From the NCBI GenBank assembly GCA_024704765.1, contig JAKMXF010000110.1:62001-126000 (forward strand): a DNA stretch of 64,000 nucleotides, in the 5' to 3' direction. The translations under genes were made by a program, and so were the position numbers. The first letter of the stretch is position 1. Each line of letters starts with the position of its first letter. Below are positions 41,188-55,687 of the stretch, one piece after another. The notes below the pieces were generated by a model that did no database searches, was not told the origin of the DNA, and saw nothing but the letters and a program-made list of their open reading frames with translations. The DNA comes from Oopsacas minuta. Lineage: Eukaryota > Animalia > Porifera.

Positions 41188-42391
41188 TTAATTGACTTTC
41201 TTGAATAAGTCATAGAGTAGATCAATTGGTAGAGGGAATATATATGTGTGATTCTTCTCTCCAGCAACCAGATTGAGAGTTTGTAAGAATCTCAGTTGTA
41301 GAGCTCCGGGTGCATCTTCTAGAATGGTAGCTGCTTCTCTCAGGTTCTTAGAGGCCTCCCACTCACCATTAGCCATTATAGCTTTAGCTTTAGCTTCTCT
41401 TGTAGCTTCAGCTTCTGCAGCCATTGCTCTCTTCATGTCATAAGGAATGCTAATATCCTTCATCTCCACACTCTCAACCTGAACAAACAGAGATTAATGC
41501 TAATAATAGTAATAAATTCATACAGTCAATTCTTGATATAGGAGGATAGAATGACTGGCTAATTCTTTGATCGGCTAAAAGAGAATATACATTCTCTTCC
41601 ATAAAGTTCTACTACAGTCAATTCCCGTTTCATCGAATACGAATGTATATCTAAGTCAAAAATTGCAGAATTATAATCCCAAATAAAAGTACAAAGTAAG
41701 TAACATATATATCATCGGAGTAATATAGCGGAGAGTTGACTATATTAAATTCTGGATATGAACGAAGTAAATATAATTAGAGTCATAAAATTTTACACAC
41801 TTATCAAATAATTAAACTCACCTTGATCCCCCATGGGTCAGTAGCCTCATCAAGAATAGAACTTAACTCATCTCCCAGCTTTTCTCTATCAGTAAGGATC
41901 TGGAACATAGTTTTAGATCCTAACACACTCCTGAGGGTGCTCTGAGCTAGTAATGTAGTAGAAGAATGTGGATTAGCCACGTTAATGACAGACAAATATG
42001 GATTAAATATGCGATAGAATACCACTGCGTTAACGTTTGCGTTAACTGAATCCTTAGTGAGAATTTCTTGCGAGGGGACATCAATCACATGGGTACGTAG
42101 GTCAATTTGTTTCTTAGAATCCACCCACGGGAGGGTGAACACAAACCCTGGACCCTGTGCTCTCTTGCTGACGATACGTCCCTGTCTGAATATGATAGCT
42201 CTCTCGTATTCCTTCAGTACTGATAGAGAGCTTATCATTGTTAGAGGGAAGAATGCAATGAATATTATCCAACCTACAATAGTGAAGAATCTACTGGACC
42301 CTGTTAGCTTTATATCTCGGAATTCATTATCATATTGTGATTCAGGAGATCTGTCTACACTGACTGGAGCGATGGGCTCGTTTTCTGCCAT
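41188..42391 (-). CDS. STOM: Stomatin (SPFH/band 7), 286 aa; exons 42391-41822 and 41478-41188
   Basis: EYERAIIFRQG, GPGFVFTLP, QEILTKDSV, PWGIK|VESVEMKD, RAMAAEAEA, LQLRFLQTL. Confidence 0.93.
41615..41742. mobile_element. pogo-like MITE in the stomatin intron
   Basis: cagtcaattccc ... gagagttgacta with TA flanks. The family is also at 7426-7566, about 46645-46729 and 51594-51663. Confidence 0.5.
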
Positions 42392-42420
42392 AATCTATTG
42401 ATAAATACGAAATTATAATA

Positions 42421-42548
42421 TAGTGAACTATCGTTATAACCAAGTCAGATATAATGAAAGTGTTTTGAAACTCCCGTTATAACGAAATAATTATTTCCCC
42501 CAAATGATACCGAGCTCACGAGCACTTCGTTATAACGAGAGTTTACTG
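42421..42548. mobile_element. pogo-like MITE 30 bp upstream of the stomatin ATG
   Basis: tagtgaactatcgttataac / gttataacgagagtttactg with TA flanks. Confidence 0.6.
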
Positions 42549-43156
42549 TATTTACATAGTGCAGCGATAAAGATTGAAATATACTACAGATACTTCATCT
42601 TATATAAATCTCATTGCATTTGTAATAAATATAATGTTAAATGAGGTCTTAGAATAGCCACAAAAGCTTTCGATCCAATTAAGCAACCATGACTGTGACC
42701 CTGAAGTCCTGTATGTTAGTATATTGTATATTATATCTATCAATTATTGGACCTAAAGTAATTTACTGTGGTATTGTATTCTACAACAAATTCGCATACT
42801 CTGATAGTCTGACTGAGTTAGAAATAAAGTTTGTTAGTTATTTGTTTGAACCAGGGACACCTAACTTCCTCAAAACTTGAACGAGGCAGAGCTAATATAT
42901 TTTGCATTAGTTGTATTGGGGGGTCATAACCAAGCAAAGAGGGCCCAAGCACCCTACAAAATCAAGGTGAAGTTATAAGAACATGCACAGATTAATTAAT
43001 CTACCAATGAGCTAACAGGTAACATCATATATAATAGTATAATATAATAAGTAAAGTCAAGAAAGTAAAACGTTACAAACCAATGAACAGACAATGCAAT
43101 ACTAGATCAAGTCATTATTTCTATCAAATAGCTCCAGGTGATTAATAACATTTTAT

Positions 43157-43816
<660 letters not shown>

Positions 43817-44679
43817 TTAGAGTTGGTAGTATTCAAATAAAAGAGAGAGTGAAAAAAGAAGTGATCTATTACTAGTTAGTATTTATAATAGAGTGGGCAA
43901 AAATGGATACTCCGAAATAGGTATATAGATACTAGCTACGTATGCGAAAATTTAATATATAGTAAATCGATGGTAAAAAACAATTCGAAACTTCCAAATT
44001 TATGAAGGGGTCGTCGTTATTGTGTAGTATATTTACTAGGCAGCACTGACGTAAGCTAAAGTCTCTATCATAGGCTGTATGCGGTAGATAGTATCTGATA
44101 GACTAAACCAGAGCAAAGCAAGCTCTATAATATAGTATTCACAAATTCATAATGAAGGAACCTGCACAATTACTGCTGCAAGGGCGTACCTGCCATTTAT
44201 GTCAGATCCCTGGACATCGATCTTAAAATGCCTAATTTACAACCAGGAGCAATATTGACACACTAATCCAAGGTAAAAGCAAGTGCGACGCTTGTGTACA
44301 GATATATGTATACACAAATGTCGCACTAGCTTAGTACACAAATGATAATAAACAAATGTATATGTGTGTGTGTATATAAACGGATAAATATCTAATCAGT
44401 AATAGTAGAAATAGAACAGAAAACATTTTACTTAGCAGGTAGTCCACACAATAAATCTATTATAAACAATAATAGAATTTATGAAATAAGAATTCATCTC
44501 TACAACTTTACACGAAACAACTCACAATAACGAAATATTAATTACAATACCCTCTTGATTTACAGAATATAGATTGAAGTATAATTCACACATATACAAA
44601 ACTAAACCTACAAGCAAGCTACAACTAACGTATCCGACTGTAAAAACATCTCTAAATACATACTCAGAGAGTTCTCCCA

Positions 44680-47600
44680 TTACACAGCACTCAAGGGATT
44701 AGAGTAGATAGGTGGCGTAAATTCTTTTGGGGGAAGCTGGAAATCTGGGCTGTGACTAAGGAACTTGTCTAAGATCGAGATAACTTGTTTGTTTACTTGT
44801 CTGTGTATCTTTATCCTCTTGATTATCTTGTTAAGGTCCATGTTACGGTACCGAAGCCTTTCCTTAGGGTCCTTGAGAGGAGGCGGTGGTTTAAGATGAT
44901 GTACATTCAGTATGTGATAGCAGAAATCTAGTGCTTCAAAACGTCTATGCTGACCAAGGAGGTATATGATAGTTATTCCACCCCAAATTAGACCATCACC
45001 GAATACCTCTTCAGGGAGAGGACCATCCCATTCAGCCACACACAGCACGTACTGTATAGCACTCCACATTCGATGGAATTCGTCACATTCTTCAATATTC
45101 ATTACTCCGTTTATAGGCTGTAATCCTACGAAACAGTCATGATTCAATACTTCATCTCTCATTCTACACATTAGTTTCTCGAATAGAGTTAGTCCTCTAC
45201 ATAATCTCTCTTTTGTTAATAGCTCAGCTTGTTTAGCATTGTTAGCCTGCAGACTATCACCGTATGTTTGAGCTATTTTATTCAGATGCATACCACTGTA
45301 ATTCTGCTCTAATTGCTGTACAGCCATCTCTTGACTCTCATCAGATTTTACGTAAGGTTTAGGCATCTTAGCCAAGAAAGGAGCTCCTAAGTGTAAATCC
45401 ATCATCTCTTCTTCCCCCATAGCTTTCTCCAGCAGTATAAAGAACAGTATAGTATTACCGAATTCTCTGAATGCTTGGAATACGCTAGTCTTAAGATCTT
45501 GGTATGTGACTAATGGTTCTACCTGTGCATAGTAGAATTCTGCTACACCAATTGTCCCGTATTGCCAAGAGGGGAGTTTACATTTAGGAGGCATTCCACC
45601 CTTAAGAGCTTTCACATACGTCACGATACCATCCTCTTCCGTTACCTGCCCCTTACAGAATGATATTAGTTTTGTTACTATAGAATATGTACTGTCATAG
45701 CCTAGCAACCGAGCCATGACTGAAAAATGTTTCTGTCCAATGAATCCCTCATGCATTTTGATGATAGTAGCGAATGCATCTTTCAATTCTTTCTTACCGT
45801 AGAAGTAGAATGGTGGAGCTCTTGGCTCTTTCTCCCTATCAGGGTTAACATCTGATATGAGATGTTTTGTCTTAACAAATCTATCCAGTTGACTGTTGTA
45901 ATTATAATTCGGTAAGAAATCTTGTATTAGTTCAGCCAGTATGTGAGATTCTACTTTACCACTACCTGTAACAGATTCGTTAGCTTCATCGTAAATAGCA
46001 GTGAATGGATCCATGTCCATGTGTTCAGACAATAACTCAAGGGTTAATTTGTTTATCTTAAGCAAGATGTCAAGCTCTATTATCCCTGATAAATCAGAGC
46101 TCTCAAACTTAGCTATAGCCAGCTCTACAGACTTGAATAAATCTGCTCTTATTCTCTCTGCTAGTAAACAATGCATGTCTATAGAGCGACCTAATAGCTG
46201 TACATGCCTTTGTTTCAGAATGGTATCCAAGCGATTAAACTTAGGAAATGGAATGTTTACCCCTCCTACGCTTAGAGATGCACGGAATGTGTTGTCTAGG
46301 ATAATACCAGCTGCTCGCTGCTTTACGTGAGTTAGTACCATCTGGGCTACCTTGAAAATCAATTGATCGAATATCAGATTCACTTCTGCTTCTATCTCAT
46401 CGAATAAGTACTGTTTCTTAAATCTAAGGATTAATGCAAAATATATAAACTTGGAATTAAATAGAAAGTGAAGTCAGTTTGTTATTTTCCTGAAAGGACT
46501 CCTAAGATGGCACTTCTTTGGACAGTAACAAATTTACCCCTGTACTAATTTAAGTCTCATGGTAGGCATTTTTTGTCCTTTATTGCTGCTGAACTAACAG
46601 TTTTACGTGCATGCATGCATCCAACCAAAGTACCAAACATTTAATTAGTCATATCGAACTCTACTTATATTGAGGGAATTATCACATATCACCGTTACTT
46701 GAGTTTCGATATAACGGGAGTTAACTGTTATCGATAAAAAGCTTACTTGTATAGCGCATAGAATGCACTATCACTGTATAAGTCCAGTGGATACAATAGA
46801 TACTCCAGCATGTTCTTTTCTTTACTTTCTATAATACAAGATGTTAGCATCCATGGTAGAGACTGGTCAATAGGGAACTGTATGTTGGCTCCCATTGTAA
46901 GCTCAAGGAAGAATTCTCTATACCAGAGTTGTGATAGATCGCCTGCTTCTCTGATCATCAGAGGGAAGTTAATCAGGTCAGGATAGAAGAAAGATTCTCT
47001 ATGGAACTCTTTAAGTGCTTGCAGAGACTGACTTGATATCATTCCATCCAGGGTCCTGCCTTTAGCGAGACCTAGAGAGGAAGTATAGAGTGGATTAAAA
47101 TTTTAGTTATAGAAAACTTGTTCCAGCTCAACATGATGTCCAATTGTCCATCAAAGCATGTATGCTAGGCGAACAGCATATTATATATGATTATTAATTC
47201 ATTTATGACGTAATCATGAAAGTGGACCATCCATGGCTAAATTTCAATGACTCTATGTACTTCGAATAATGAGACTATTGATAGTTAGCAAATGTATTAT
47301 GTGGTTGAATTTCACTCAGATATTGTTGAAATAGTGACAATATTTATACAGCAGGTGAACTCGATGGGGCTGTATAGCTGAAACAAGTTTCTAACTAAGA
47401 TTAGCTTAAACACTGCAAACCGTATCACTATCACACACCTTCCTGTAGTAGAGACTCTAACATAGTCCTAACCATGTATATTTGTGTTGAAGAAGGTGCT
47501 ACCTTCCTTTTTGGTATTTCTATAGAATAACCATTCCTAGGATCTTTCTCTCCTTTCCAAGCTGGATCCTCTCTTCTAGCACTACCTACTCCATCCATAA

Positions 47601-50600
47601 GATCTATAGCTGTATCTCTTATAGACATTAGAATGATAGATATATCTGTTTTCTTTTTCTTTACAACAGGTCTAGCTGCATCTCTCAGGGTTCTTTGTAG
47701 GAATATCTAGAATAATAATACAGATAAATTTATCAATACATACATACATACAATATATTTCCACAAAAAGATATATAACTGTTCAATATAATAAATCGTA
47801 ATCGTATCATATTTATGAAGACTAATTCAGGGATACTATCATGGGCTATAGGATACAACGTAGGTCACGGATACACTTTGGCATAAAATTCATGACACGC
47901 GCAAGTTGACTTATTGGTTCATATTTGGCCACATTTGGATTAACTTGACCAAAAGTGAGGTAAAATATTTCGTGGTGTGTCCAAGCTTAGTCATACGACG
48001 TCATGTGACTACACGATGGAAATCCCGCACTAAAGTATACACAAAGACGTTAAAAAAGCCGCAATTTATACGTACATTCGGTTATGATATTACAAGTATA
48101 TAGTAGCTCAGTATTGGGTAACTAGCAGGTCACATAGTCATTTCGTATACGCCGACATGAAATATACTAAACCATGACGTCAGATAAGATAGCCTTCTAT
48201 TAACTAAACACACGAGATTACATCACTGTATAGTCTCTGTTTCTTGATCAAAACATACAGGAAGTATAGGAGGTTTTAAACTATCCTCTTGAATACTGGA
48301 ATCACATTTCTCCACTTTTTTATCAGACTTGAGAGATAATAAATGAAAATTCTCTTTAGTTTGACATCTGACAGATCTCCTGGCTACACCTGCTCTACCT
48401 GTAGCAGCTTCATGTAGTATAGATAATTTTGTTATCTTCTTGTCAGTATCTATAATCTCTGTCTTAAGTCTCTTAACAATATCATGTTGTGTTATTATTC
48501 TCTCTTTAAGTAGCTTATTACTTTCTTCACAGATAATTTTATCCTCACGGTATCTTTTGTTAGCCTCGTATGAATCATTAAGCCTTTCTTCTAACTCAGT
48601 GACGTCAACACGTAATTCATTAATCTCTTGTGTTTTCTTATTAATCTGTTCCTCTTTTCGTTCTATCTCTCCCTCTAGATCTTGTATAACATATTCCTGT
48701 TCATCTAGTATATGTCTTAGCTCGTTATATTTCCATTCCTTAGAGTGATGCATGTATAGCTCTAGGTTACTCAAATGCTCGTCCATATTAGATATAATCT
48801 CTTGGAATTTGACTATCTGATACAGCCTCACATCTCCTCCGGCAAACGGGATAGGTTGTCCTTGAGATTGTTTTCGATGAGTGAGGAGTGATGTCAGAGA
48901 AGTAGAGGTTGTAAGAGGGAAAATGTGTTGTACATCTTTATCAGGCTTGTTGTGAGAAGATATACTACTTGAGCTAGTAGTATTCCCATTGTGTAGACTG
49001 ATATAGCGGTTAGAATTAGTTGTACAGAGATCACTGCTCAGATATTCTGTCATTAGTCGACACTGATACGAATATATTGTTTATGCATAATATACTTATC
49101 TTAGAGAGAGGAAGACAATCCATTGGTTGGTTATTTAGCCCTTGTATCTTACAAATTCTATTAAAGATACGAAATCTAGGAATGACGTCGATGTATGTGT
49201 AATATTTATTAATTAATTAAGGAGAATTTACTGTAACTCTATACTATCATCAGATTAATTATACAGGCGGGAATATCTACAATAATTACAGTAAAAAGTC
49301 CTAGTTGAAATAGGGCATTTTTGTCCATCAAATTACACTGCCAAAGCGAAAATATTTCGAGTTCCCTGACTAGAGAGGCTGGGTCCATTCTGATATAACC
49401 AAATCTAAAATACCATAAACTCCTTACCTGCATTCTCTGATGAGTGTTTAGAGCTATAGCCTCAGAGAATAACTCCTCCATACTAACCAGCATGCTACTC
49501 AATCCCTTTATCATAGACAATACCTCTGTAACAGCAAACTTCTCCTCTTGAGAGTAGTTATAACGAATAGCCTTCTCATAGTTACTAGCATCATGAGGAC
49601 ATGATTTGTTAAGTAGAGGGTCAGCTGGATGAGATAGCTTCCAGTAGTGCATGTCTAACAGCTGACAGGTCCATGAAGTTAATTTACGTATGTTTGTGTA
49701 TGCTAGCTGGTAGAGATCTTTTATTTGCTCCTGAATGGAAGAGATAGTATAAATAGTGTGCTAAGAGAGAGCAAATTTACGTAGTATTAGTGAATTGGTT
49801 TATAATAATAGATTGTATTTAACGCCCTGATAATGAGAAACTTGTTTCAGCTCCACAGGACATGTCCATCTTTATGACATCACCATAATACGTACAAGAT
49901 GACCAATTCAAGGAAAAGTTAGCAATTGTTGAAATAATGGTGTTAAGATGACAATCATCATGTGGCAGGTACGGGTGATGAAGCAAACAAGTGTCCAACT
50001 GTATATTACGTAATAGGAAAAGTCTTGCTAGTAATGGGAGTAAAATGTCCCATCTGGAATCTGTATTACAGAATTTCAGATTGCGGTTACATTGGTTAGG
50101 TTAGGAATAGCCATTAATTAAAATAAGGCTAAATAAATGGCGGTAAATACGTTGTACAAAGAGAAAACCTTATACGGTATGTAAATATCCTTAATTTATA
50201 ATATAAACTAACATCAGATAGATCCCCACTGCAACTAGTCTTAAACTCATTATTCCTCTTAGCTAGCTCAGCGATAGAAGAGAGATGTTCCATACGTAAC
50301 ATTGGCATTCTCTGCTGAATAGACATGTTAGTCTTATCCTCCACCTCATCAAGAGTACAGGTCCATTTAGAAGGATCATAGTGCTTCAATTCTCTTACTA
50401 AACCAGCCATAATAATGCTGACGTCACCGTATAAAGGGGCTACTGGATTGTGCTTAAATATTTTATCAATTTCCTTGAGATTAATCCTCTTGAGTTTGTT
50501 AATATTAACAGCATTAGAATCTAGTACTAGCATCCCATAGCCTATAGCTTTTAATAGAGTGTATTTTTGTTGTGGCAGTAAATACATCTCATTGTCAAAG

Positions 50601-51998
50601 TGCTGACAACACAGGATTATAGTAGATGACAGTACCTATAGGTAGAATATGGGATGTAAGATACAGTATTATTGGCAGGATTTGACACAAATCTTAGGAA
50701 CATAGAATTCAAATTCTGACCAATTAATTGTACCAGACACAATAGTGGTTTGATTAAAGTAGGGTAGGAAGTTGGGAATTTCCTGATAACCTCCCATTCC
50801 CCATTTATAAAATCAAGGTTCCACTGAAATTTGCTTATTTGTTCTTAGATATTCAGACTGTATTTCTGGAATTGGAGAACGCATGACATTCAGGGATATT
50901 AAATTATGTGCTTGGTCGGTAAGCGCGTATCTTGCATGAAATTAATGCATCATAGATTTTACATACAGTGCAACATCGATTATCCATACTCGTTTGGACC
51001 CGTCAAAAGTGTTCGGATAGGGCTTAACGAAATGGTATTATTATTAGTAGTAATTCAATCATTTCGTCATATTTTAGATATAAATCTCGTATTTAAAAAT
51101 TAATAATTATACCTCCTCGTATCCCTCAATCTTTTCCAGATTATCCTTAAGCATATAAGTAATCTCTTTCTGTTTAGCAAAGAACATAGATAACTTCCGA
51201 TCCTGCTCCATAACGAATGCGTTAATCTCGCCTCTTTTCAGTATGGATTCAGCTCTCCTGTAACAAGCAAAATCGTTGTTTATACAAGATTTCATATCCT
51301 TAAGAGCATCTAGTACAGCAAACATATTCAATAGCTTAGCTAGCGTAATATGGTAAGTCTCTGATATGAAATCTTTTCTCTTCTGGGGTCTAGCTAGCTC
51401 TCTTAACTCATCACAGAATCTGATAATAGTGTTTTCTATGAACTTGAGGAAGTCTCGTAATTTTTGTACTTCAGGTTCCAAGATTGCTAGAGTACTCTCG
51501 TATATCGATACTCGGTTAGCTTGATCTGGCCTGCTTACCTATAAAATATAATTACTGATAATCAAACTAATATTCTATAATTCTCACAATGTACTGTCAA
51601 CTCCGGTTAAATAGAAGCTCAAGAGACAGCGACAATTACTTCGATATAACGGGGAGTTGACTTTATAAGGATAAATTTCTTAAATAAACCTGAGGGATAG
51701 CTCTAGAAATAGACCTCCAGGTGTAGAGCATGCTAGAGAAATTGTTCCCCTCTTCTAAAGTCTCATTCAAATTACTACACTTCGTAGCCTCCTCATTGTA
51801 TCTACCTGCTCCAAATATGAATGCTCCTCTGTCTTCAAAATTCGTATCAAAGTTGACATTATATCGAATGCTAGCAGGTTCTGCTTCTATATTGGGTTGA
51901 TGATCAGGTAGCTTAATGTCATCCAGACACTGGATATTGATCTTAGCATCTTCTAGGGTGTGGTCCACTCGAATGTCGTTACCTTCCGCGTTTGACAT
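44680..51998 (-). CDS. CYFIP1: CYFIP/Sra1 (WAVE complex), about 1265 aa; exons 51998-51690, 51538-51113, 50635-50213, 49730-49428, 47706-47439, 47071-46747, 46423-44680
   Basis: All exons match CYFIP ([71 protein letters not shown]). Junction phases sum to 3798 nt. Confidence 0.95.
48223..49053 (-). CDS. Coiled-coil protein of unknown function, 276 aa, nested in CYFIP intron 4
   Basis: 831-bp ORF with host-like codon style and a heptad-like E/K/L/I-rich central region. Confidence 0.7.
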   Translation of the reverse strand: MTEYLSSDLCTTNSNRYISLHNGNTTSSSSISSHNKPDKDVQHIFPLTTSTSLTSLLTHRKQSQGQPIPFAGGDVRLYQIVKFQEIISNMDEHLSNLELYMHHSKEWKYNELRHILDEQEYVIQDLEGEIERKEEQINKKTQEINELRVDVTELEERLNDSYEANKRYREDKIICEESNKLLKERIITQHDIVKRLKTEIIDTDKKITKLSILHEAATGRAGVARRSVRCQTKENFHLLSLKSDKKVEKCDSSIQEDSLKPPILPVCFDQETETIQ

Positions 51999-53184
51999 TA
52001 GTGGATTCTAATATTCATATAACAATATGCTGAAAAGATTCAAATGGGTAAATGAATTAGAGATAGAAGATGTCGTCAATGAATGACAACCAGAGAGTGG
52101 GAATGGAGGAAAGGAATGTTAGGATGTTTGTCAAATGGGACATCAAACAAGTACAGTTGACAGGCCCTATCTCAAAAGTATTTAATCTATAAATATTAAA
52201 GTAGTAACGGGACATGGACGGTAGGCCATACAATGTATTTTAACTGACACTACTGTGGAGAGATAGTCTTATATAAACACAGCAAAAATACCCAACAATT
52301 GGTAGAATTTCATTCGAACAGTACTTAAATTCCAACCTGATTAATCCGATAAAGTAATACGGTCCTCCCTGTACCTGCCGCACAGTTGTGTCGCCCTTAC
52401 GGGATATAATATTCACATTGTATAAATACCTTTCTAATAAGCAATAATAGCTAACAATAGTAGAATTAGATGTAATACATAATGTTAGTATCTTATTTCT
52501 CTATCATAACTTTATCAATATGATATCTCAAGAATTAGAGGCTAGAATTCAAGCTCTTTCAGAGAATACTATTTGTTGGAATGTAATTACACGTAAGCTC
52601 CATTAGTTATAATTCCAAATATATTTGTGGATATTCAACATAAGGCAACTGATAGTTGGAAACTTGTTTCAGCTCCACCGCCGAATGAATATTGTCATAG
52701 AGAATTATTGTATGTTTTTCAGTATTTTCTTAGTAAATTTACTAACTAACAGGTGAATAATAGTGATTTTATCTCTCTAGAGGCCTAGACTTCCTTTAAC
52801 ACGCTTAAATAAATTCTTCCATGAATTGGCCACTTTGTATTAGGTTGACGTCATAAAATAATGAGATAATGATATTGAAACGACGTCCGCTTGCATGCTT
52901 AGATGGACAGCTGAAACATGGATGTAAACGTAATTGAGATCGCATATTATACGCCCATAAATTATAGTCACAATTTAATTCATCGATGCGACTTTAAACA
53001 ACTTTGTTCCGGGTATAATCAAGTATATAAGGGATCAGACTGCTGCTATGGAGTAATTTGAAGAGCTGCTAGCTGGTGACGAATGATAGTACGTATAATT
53101 GTGTACGTCGTAGCACAAAATAGAGAAATAAACATATACTGTATGAAGGTACTTCTTAAAGACATACCCAGTATAGATAGATTA

Positions 53185-54057
53185 TTATAAATCATGAACA
53201 TTACATTTGATATAAGAAGCAGATAACAAATAACCAGTATGAGACGGCATACACAGTCTAGGAACTACACTAAGTACATGTCTCTCTTCTCTCTTATCAG
53301 TACTCTCATCTAACCTAGCTTCTGTAATTCTACAAGAACTAACTTGTAATTGCTGAGACAAACACTCATGCATTTGTATATCAATAAACCCAGATTCCCG
53401 TAGAGCAATACAGCTCTTCTGTATCTGCTCTACACAGGGGGAGAATGATACTATACGGCTGTACCCGGGACTGAAGCTCTTGGGACAATGTGGAATAACT
53501 TCCCAAGGGTTAGGAAGATCTAAGAATATAGCAGTAACATAATTCTCTACATTGAATCCCTCTCTACACACATCTCTACATTGACATGTTACTAGCTCAC
53601 TCAATCCGTGAGCTGTAAACTCATCATTAGCTTGTTGTACTCGTTCTGCATGGAAATCATATGTGTACAGATGTCCTGTAGGAGCTATTGTACGAGCTAT
53701 AGCATGAGATAGGGAGCCTGAGCCTGTCCCGCTCTCACATACAGAAGTACCAGGGATAAGTTCTAGCAGACTGGTAATGAGACTAATGTTAGGGGTGTAT
53801 AGGATTTGTGTCCTGTGGGGGAGGGAGAGTGTCCAAAGTTCAGGAGTGGGGTGTAGCGCCCACCTGTATGTTTTACCTTTGTTAGACCACATTTTACTAC
53901 CGTATTCTTTACCTAGCATGTCTGAATGTAGAAACACTCCATTACGGGATTGTACTGATTCTCCAGGCTGTACAGTTATTGATTGTAGTCCGTCCTGATC
54001 AGACAGTATTACTGTATCATTCAGTTTTATCTTAGATTTATAACCCTTACTATTCAT
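53185..54057 (-). CDS. TRMT61A: tRNA (adenine58-N1)-methyltransferase catalytic subunit, 290 aa
   Basis: LHPTPELWTLSLPHRTQILY, ESGTGSGS, GHLYTYDFH, IFLDLPNPW, SFSPCVEQ, HTGYL. Confidence 0.96.
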   Translation of the reverse strand: MNSKGYKSKIKLNDTVILSDQDGLQSITVQPGESVQSRNGVFLHSDMLGKEYGSKMWSNKGKTYRWALHPTPELWTLSLPHRTQILYTPNISLITSLLELIPGTSVCESGTGSGSLSHAIARTIAPTGHLYTYDFHAERVQQANDEFTAHGLSELVTCQCRDVCREGFNVENYVTAIFLDLPNPWEVIPHCPKSFSPGYSRIVSFSPCVEQIQKSCIALRESGFIDIQMHECLSQQLQVSSCRITEARLDESTDKREERHVLSVVPRLCMPSHTGYLLSASYIKCNVHDL

Positions 54058-54979
54058 ACTAAATTATATACACGTTATAATTAATACTAGTGTCTGGGGC
54101 AATATATGGATTCAGGCGCGGACATCCATTGCAAACTGGTACAGCGGAATATTTTATAATATCTAAAATTGCGGGATAAAATAATACAAAATGGACCGTG
54201 ATTATTTATGCCTCATTATTCCCCTGTTCTTCTACATAATTTGCATTTCAATAAGCGGACACAATATAAATATCCTTTGCATCAATTTTCTTTACTGGCA
54301 TTGCGTGACAAAGCTCATACAAACGGGAGAACAGTTCGAAAAGTTGTACGACGCTCGCGGCCCCCTGTGATTTTTAAAGGGTAACCGGATATTAAAGTAC
54401 AATGGGCATTGCTAGAAGAACACGGTTTATAAGAACATATCGACTATAAGAACCATCATACTATATCACGTGTCCCCTCCCAATACAGTTCAAATAGATA
54501 AGCCATTTTAATGCCAGGGTTTCTCAGCCTGTGGTCATATAATCAAACTTAGCCAAATAGATATTTACGTCATTACTTTTGGTCAAATTAAATATATATA
54601 GCCTTTAACAAAACTTGAACAAACTTCAAAACCTGAATAAGCAAGTTGATCTGGGTGTGGTCATGATACAAATTTCATACAAAGAGTGGCCATATTCGAG
54701 AGTTTGAGAAACTATGAATTATAATCCATAGAAAACCATCCAAACAGTGATATTGAATACTGATGCTAAAACACACACACACACCTAGTGATAGTGTCCG
54801 GGATTATTCCTAGTGAATAGCAATTAACCTATCTCTTATTATACAAATAAGAATTCTAGAACAGTATATAGTGATAAACGCAGTGAATATATATCTGCAT
54901 TGAATGATACAATTGTGTACACCAGTCTAGATAGTAGAATTACATTCAAAGTATCTATAAATGTGAATATATTTCTAAT

Positions 54980-55687
54980 CTATATATTCTTATTATGCCA
55001 CAAATCAAGGTACTCATTGTGTGTGACACGACACTTCTCTGTCTGGTATCTTGTCAGAGAGATTGAGTCTAAGATCGGTTGGGTAACAGCACCCTTAAGG
55101 CCCCCTTTCTTCAGGAGAGAGTTTATAGTTTCTATCCTGTCCCACCCTTGTTCCAGAGCTACTTCAGGGAGGTAAGTAGCTTTCCTTTTCTTCTTGAAAC
55201 CATCAAAGAATTCTATCGTTATCCCGTGTACACCTATTTCCCAGTCATAACAGTCCCCGCCCGGAGTAAAGTTAGTCAATAGAGACACAGAACATTCAAG
55301 TTTGTGTACTTCAGCTAGTGTTACTGGATGGAAACGGTTGTCTTCCATGGAAGATTTTATGCAGTAGTCTCTGAGGCCTTTGTGTAGAGGAAGGGGGTCA
55401 AATGTACCAATACAGCCTCGTAGTTTCCCTTCATGTCCTATCTTCCATGTAACAAACAGTGGAAATGATGCATCAGTAAATGAAGGGATATATCCAACAT
55501 CTTGTTTATACAGATATGCGATTAAAACATCAAAACAGAAGTAGCACATGTCAGATGAAATGACAGAATTTTGTGGTAGGATTCGTTCGATATGGTTGGG
55601 TAAGGGAGAAGCGCCTTCTATTTCACATTCCTTTACGCCTATTTGGCTGTGATTAGATAATGATTCTTGCTGCATGTGTACGTGCAT
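54980..55687 (-). CDS. AMMECR1: AMMECR1 family protein, 235 aa
   Basis: CYFCFDVL, PLFVTW, LRGCIGTF, DNRFHPV, ATYLPEVA. Confidence 0.95.
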   Translation of the reverse strand: MHVHMQQESLSNHSQIGVKECEIEGASPLPNHIERILPQNSVISSDMCYFCFDVLIAYLYKQDVGYIPSFTDASFPLFVTWKIGHEGKLRGCIGTFDPLPLHKGLRDYCIKSSMEDNRFHPVTLAEVHKLECSVSLLTNFTPGGDCYDWEIGVHGITIEFFDGFKKKRKATYLPEVALEQGWDRIETINSLLKKGGLKGAVTQPILDSISLTRYQTEKCRVTHNEYLDLWHNKNI

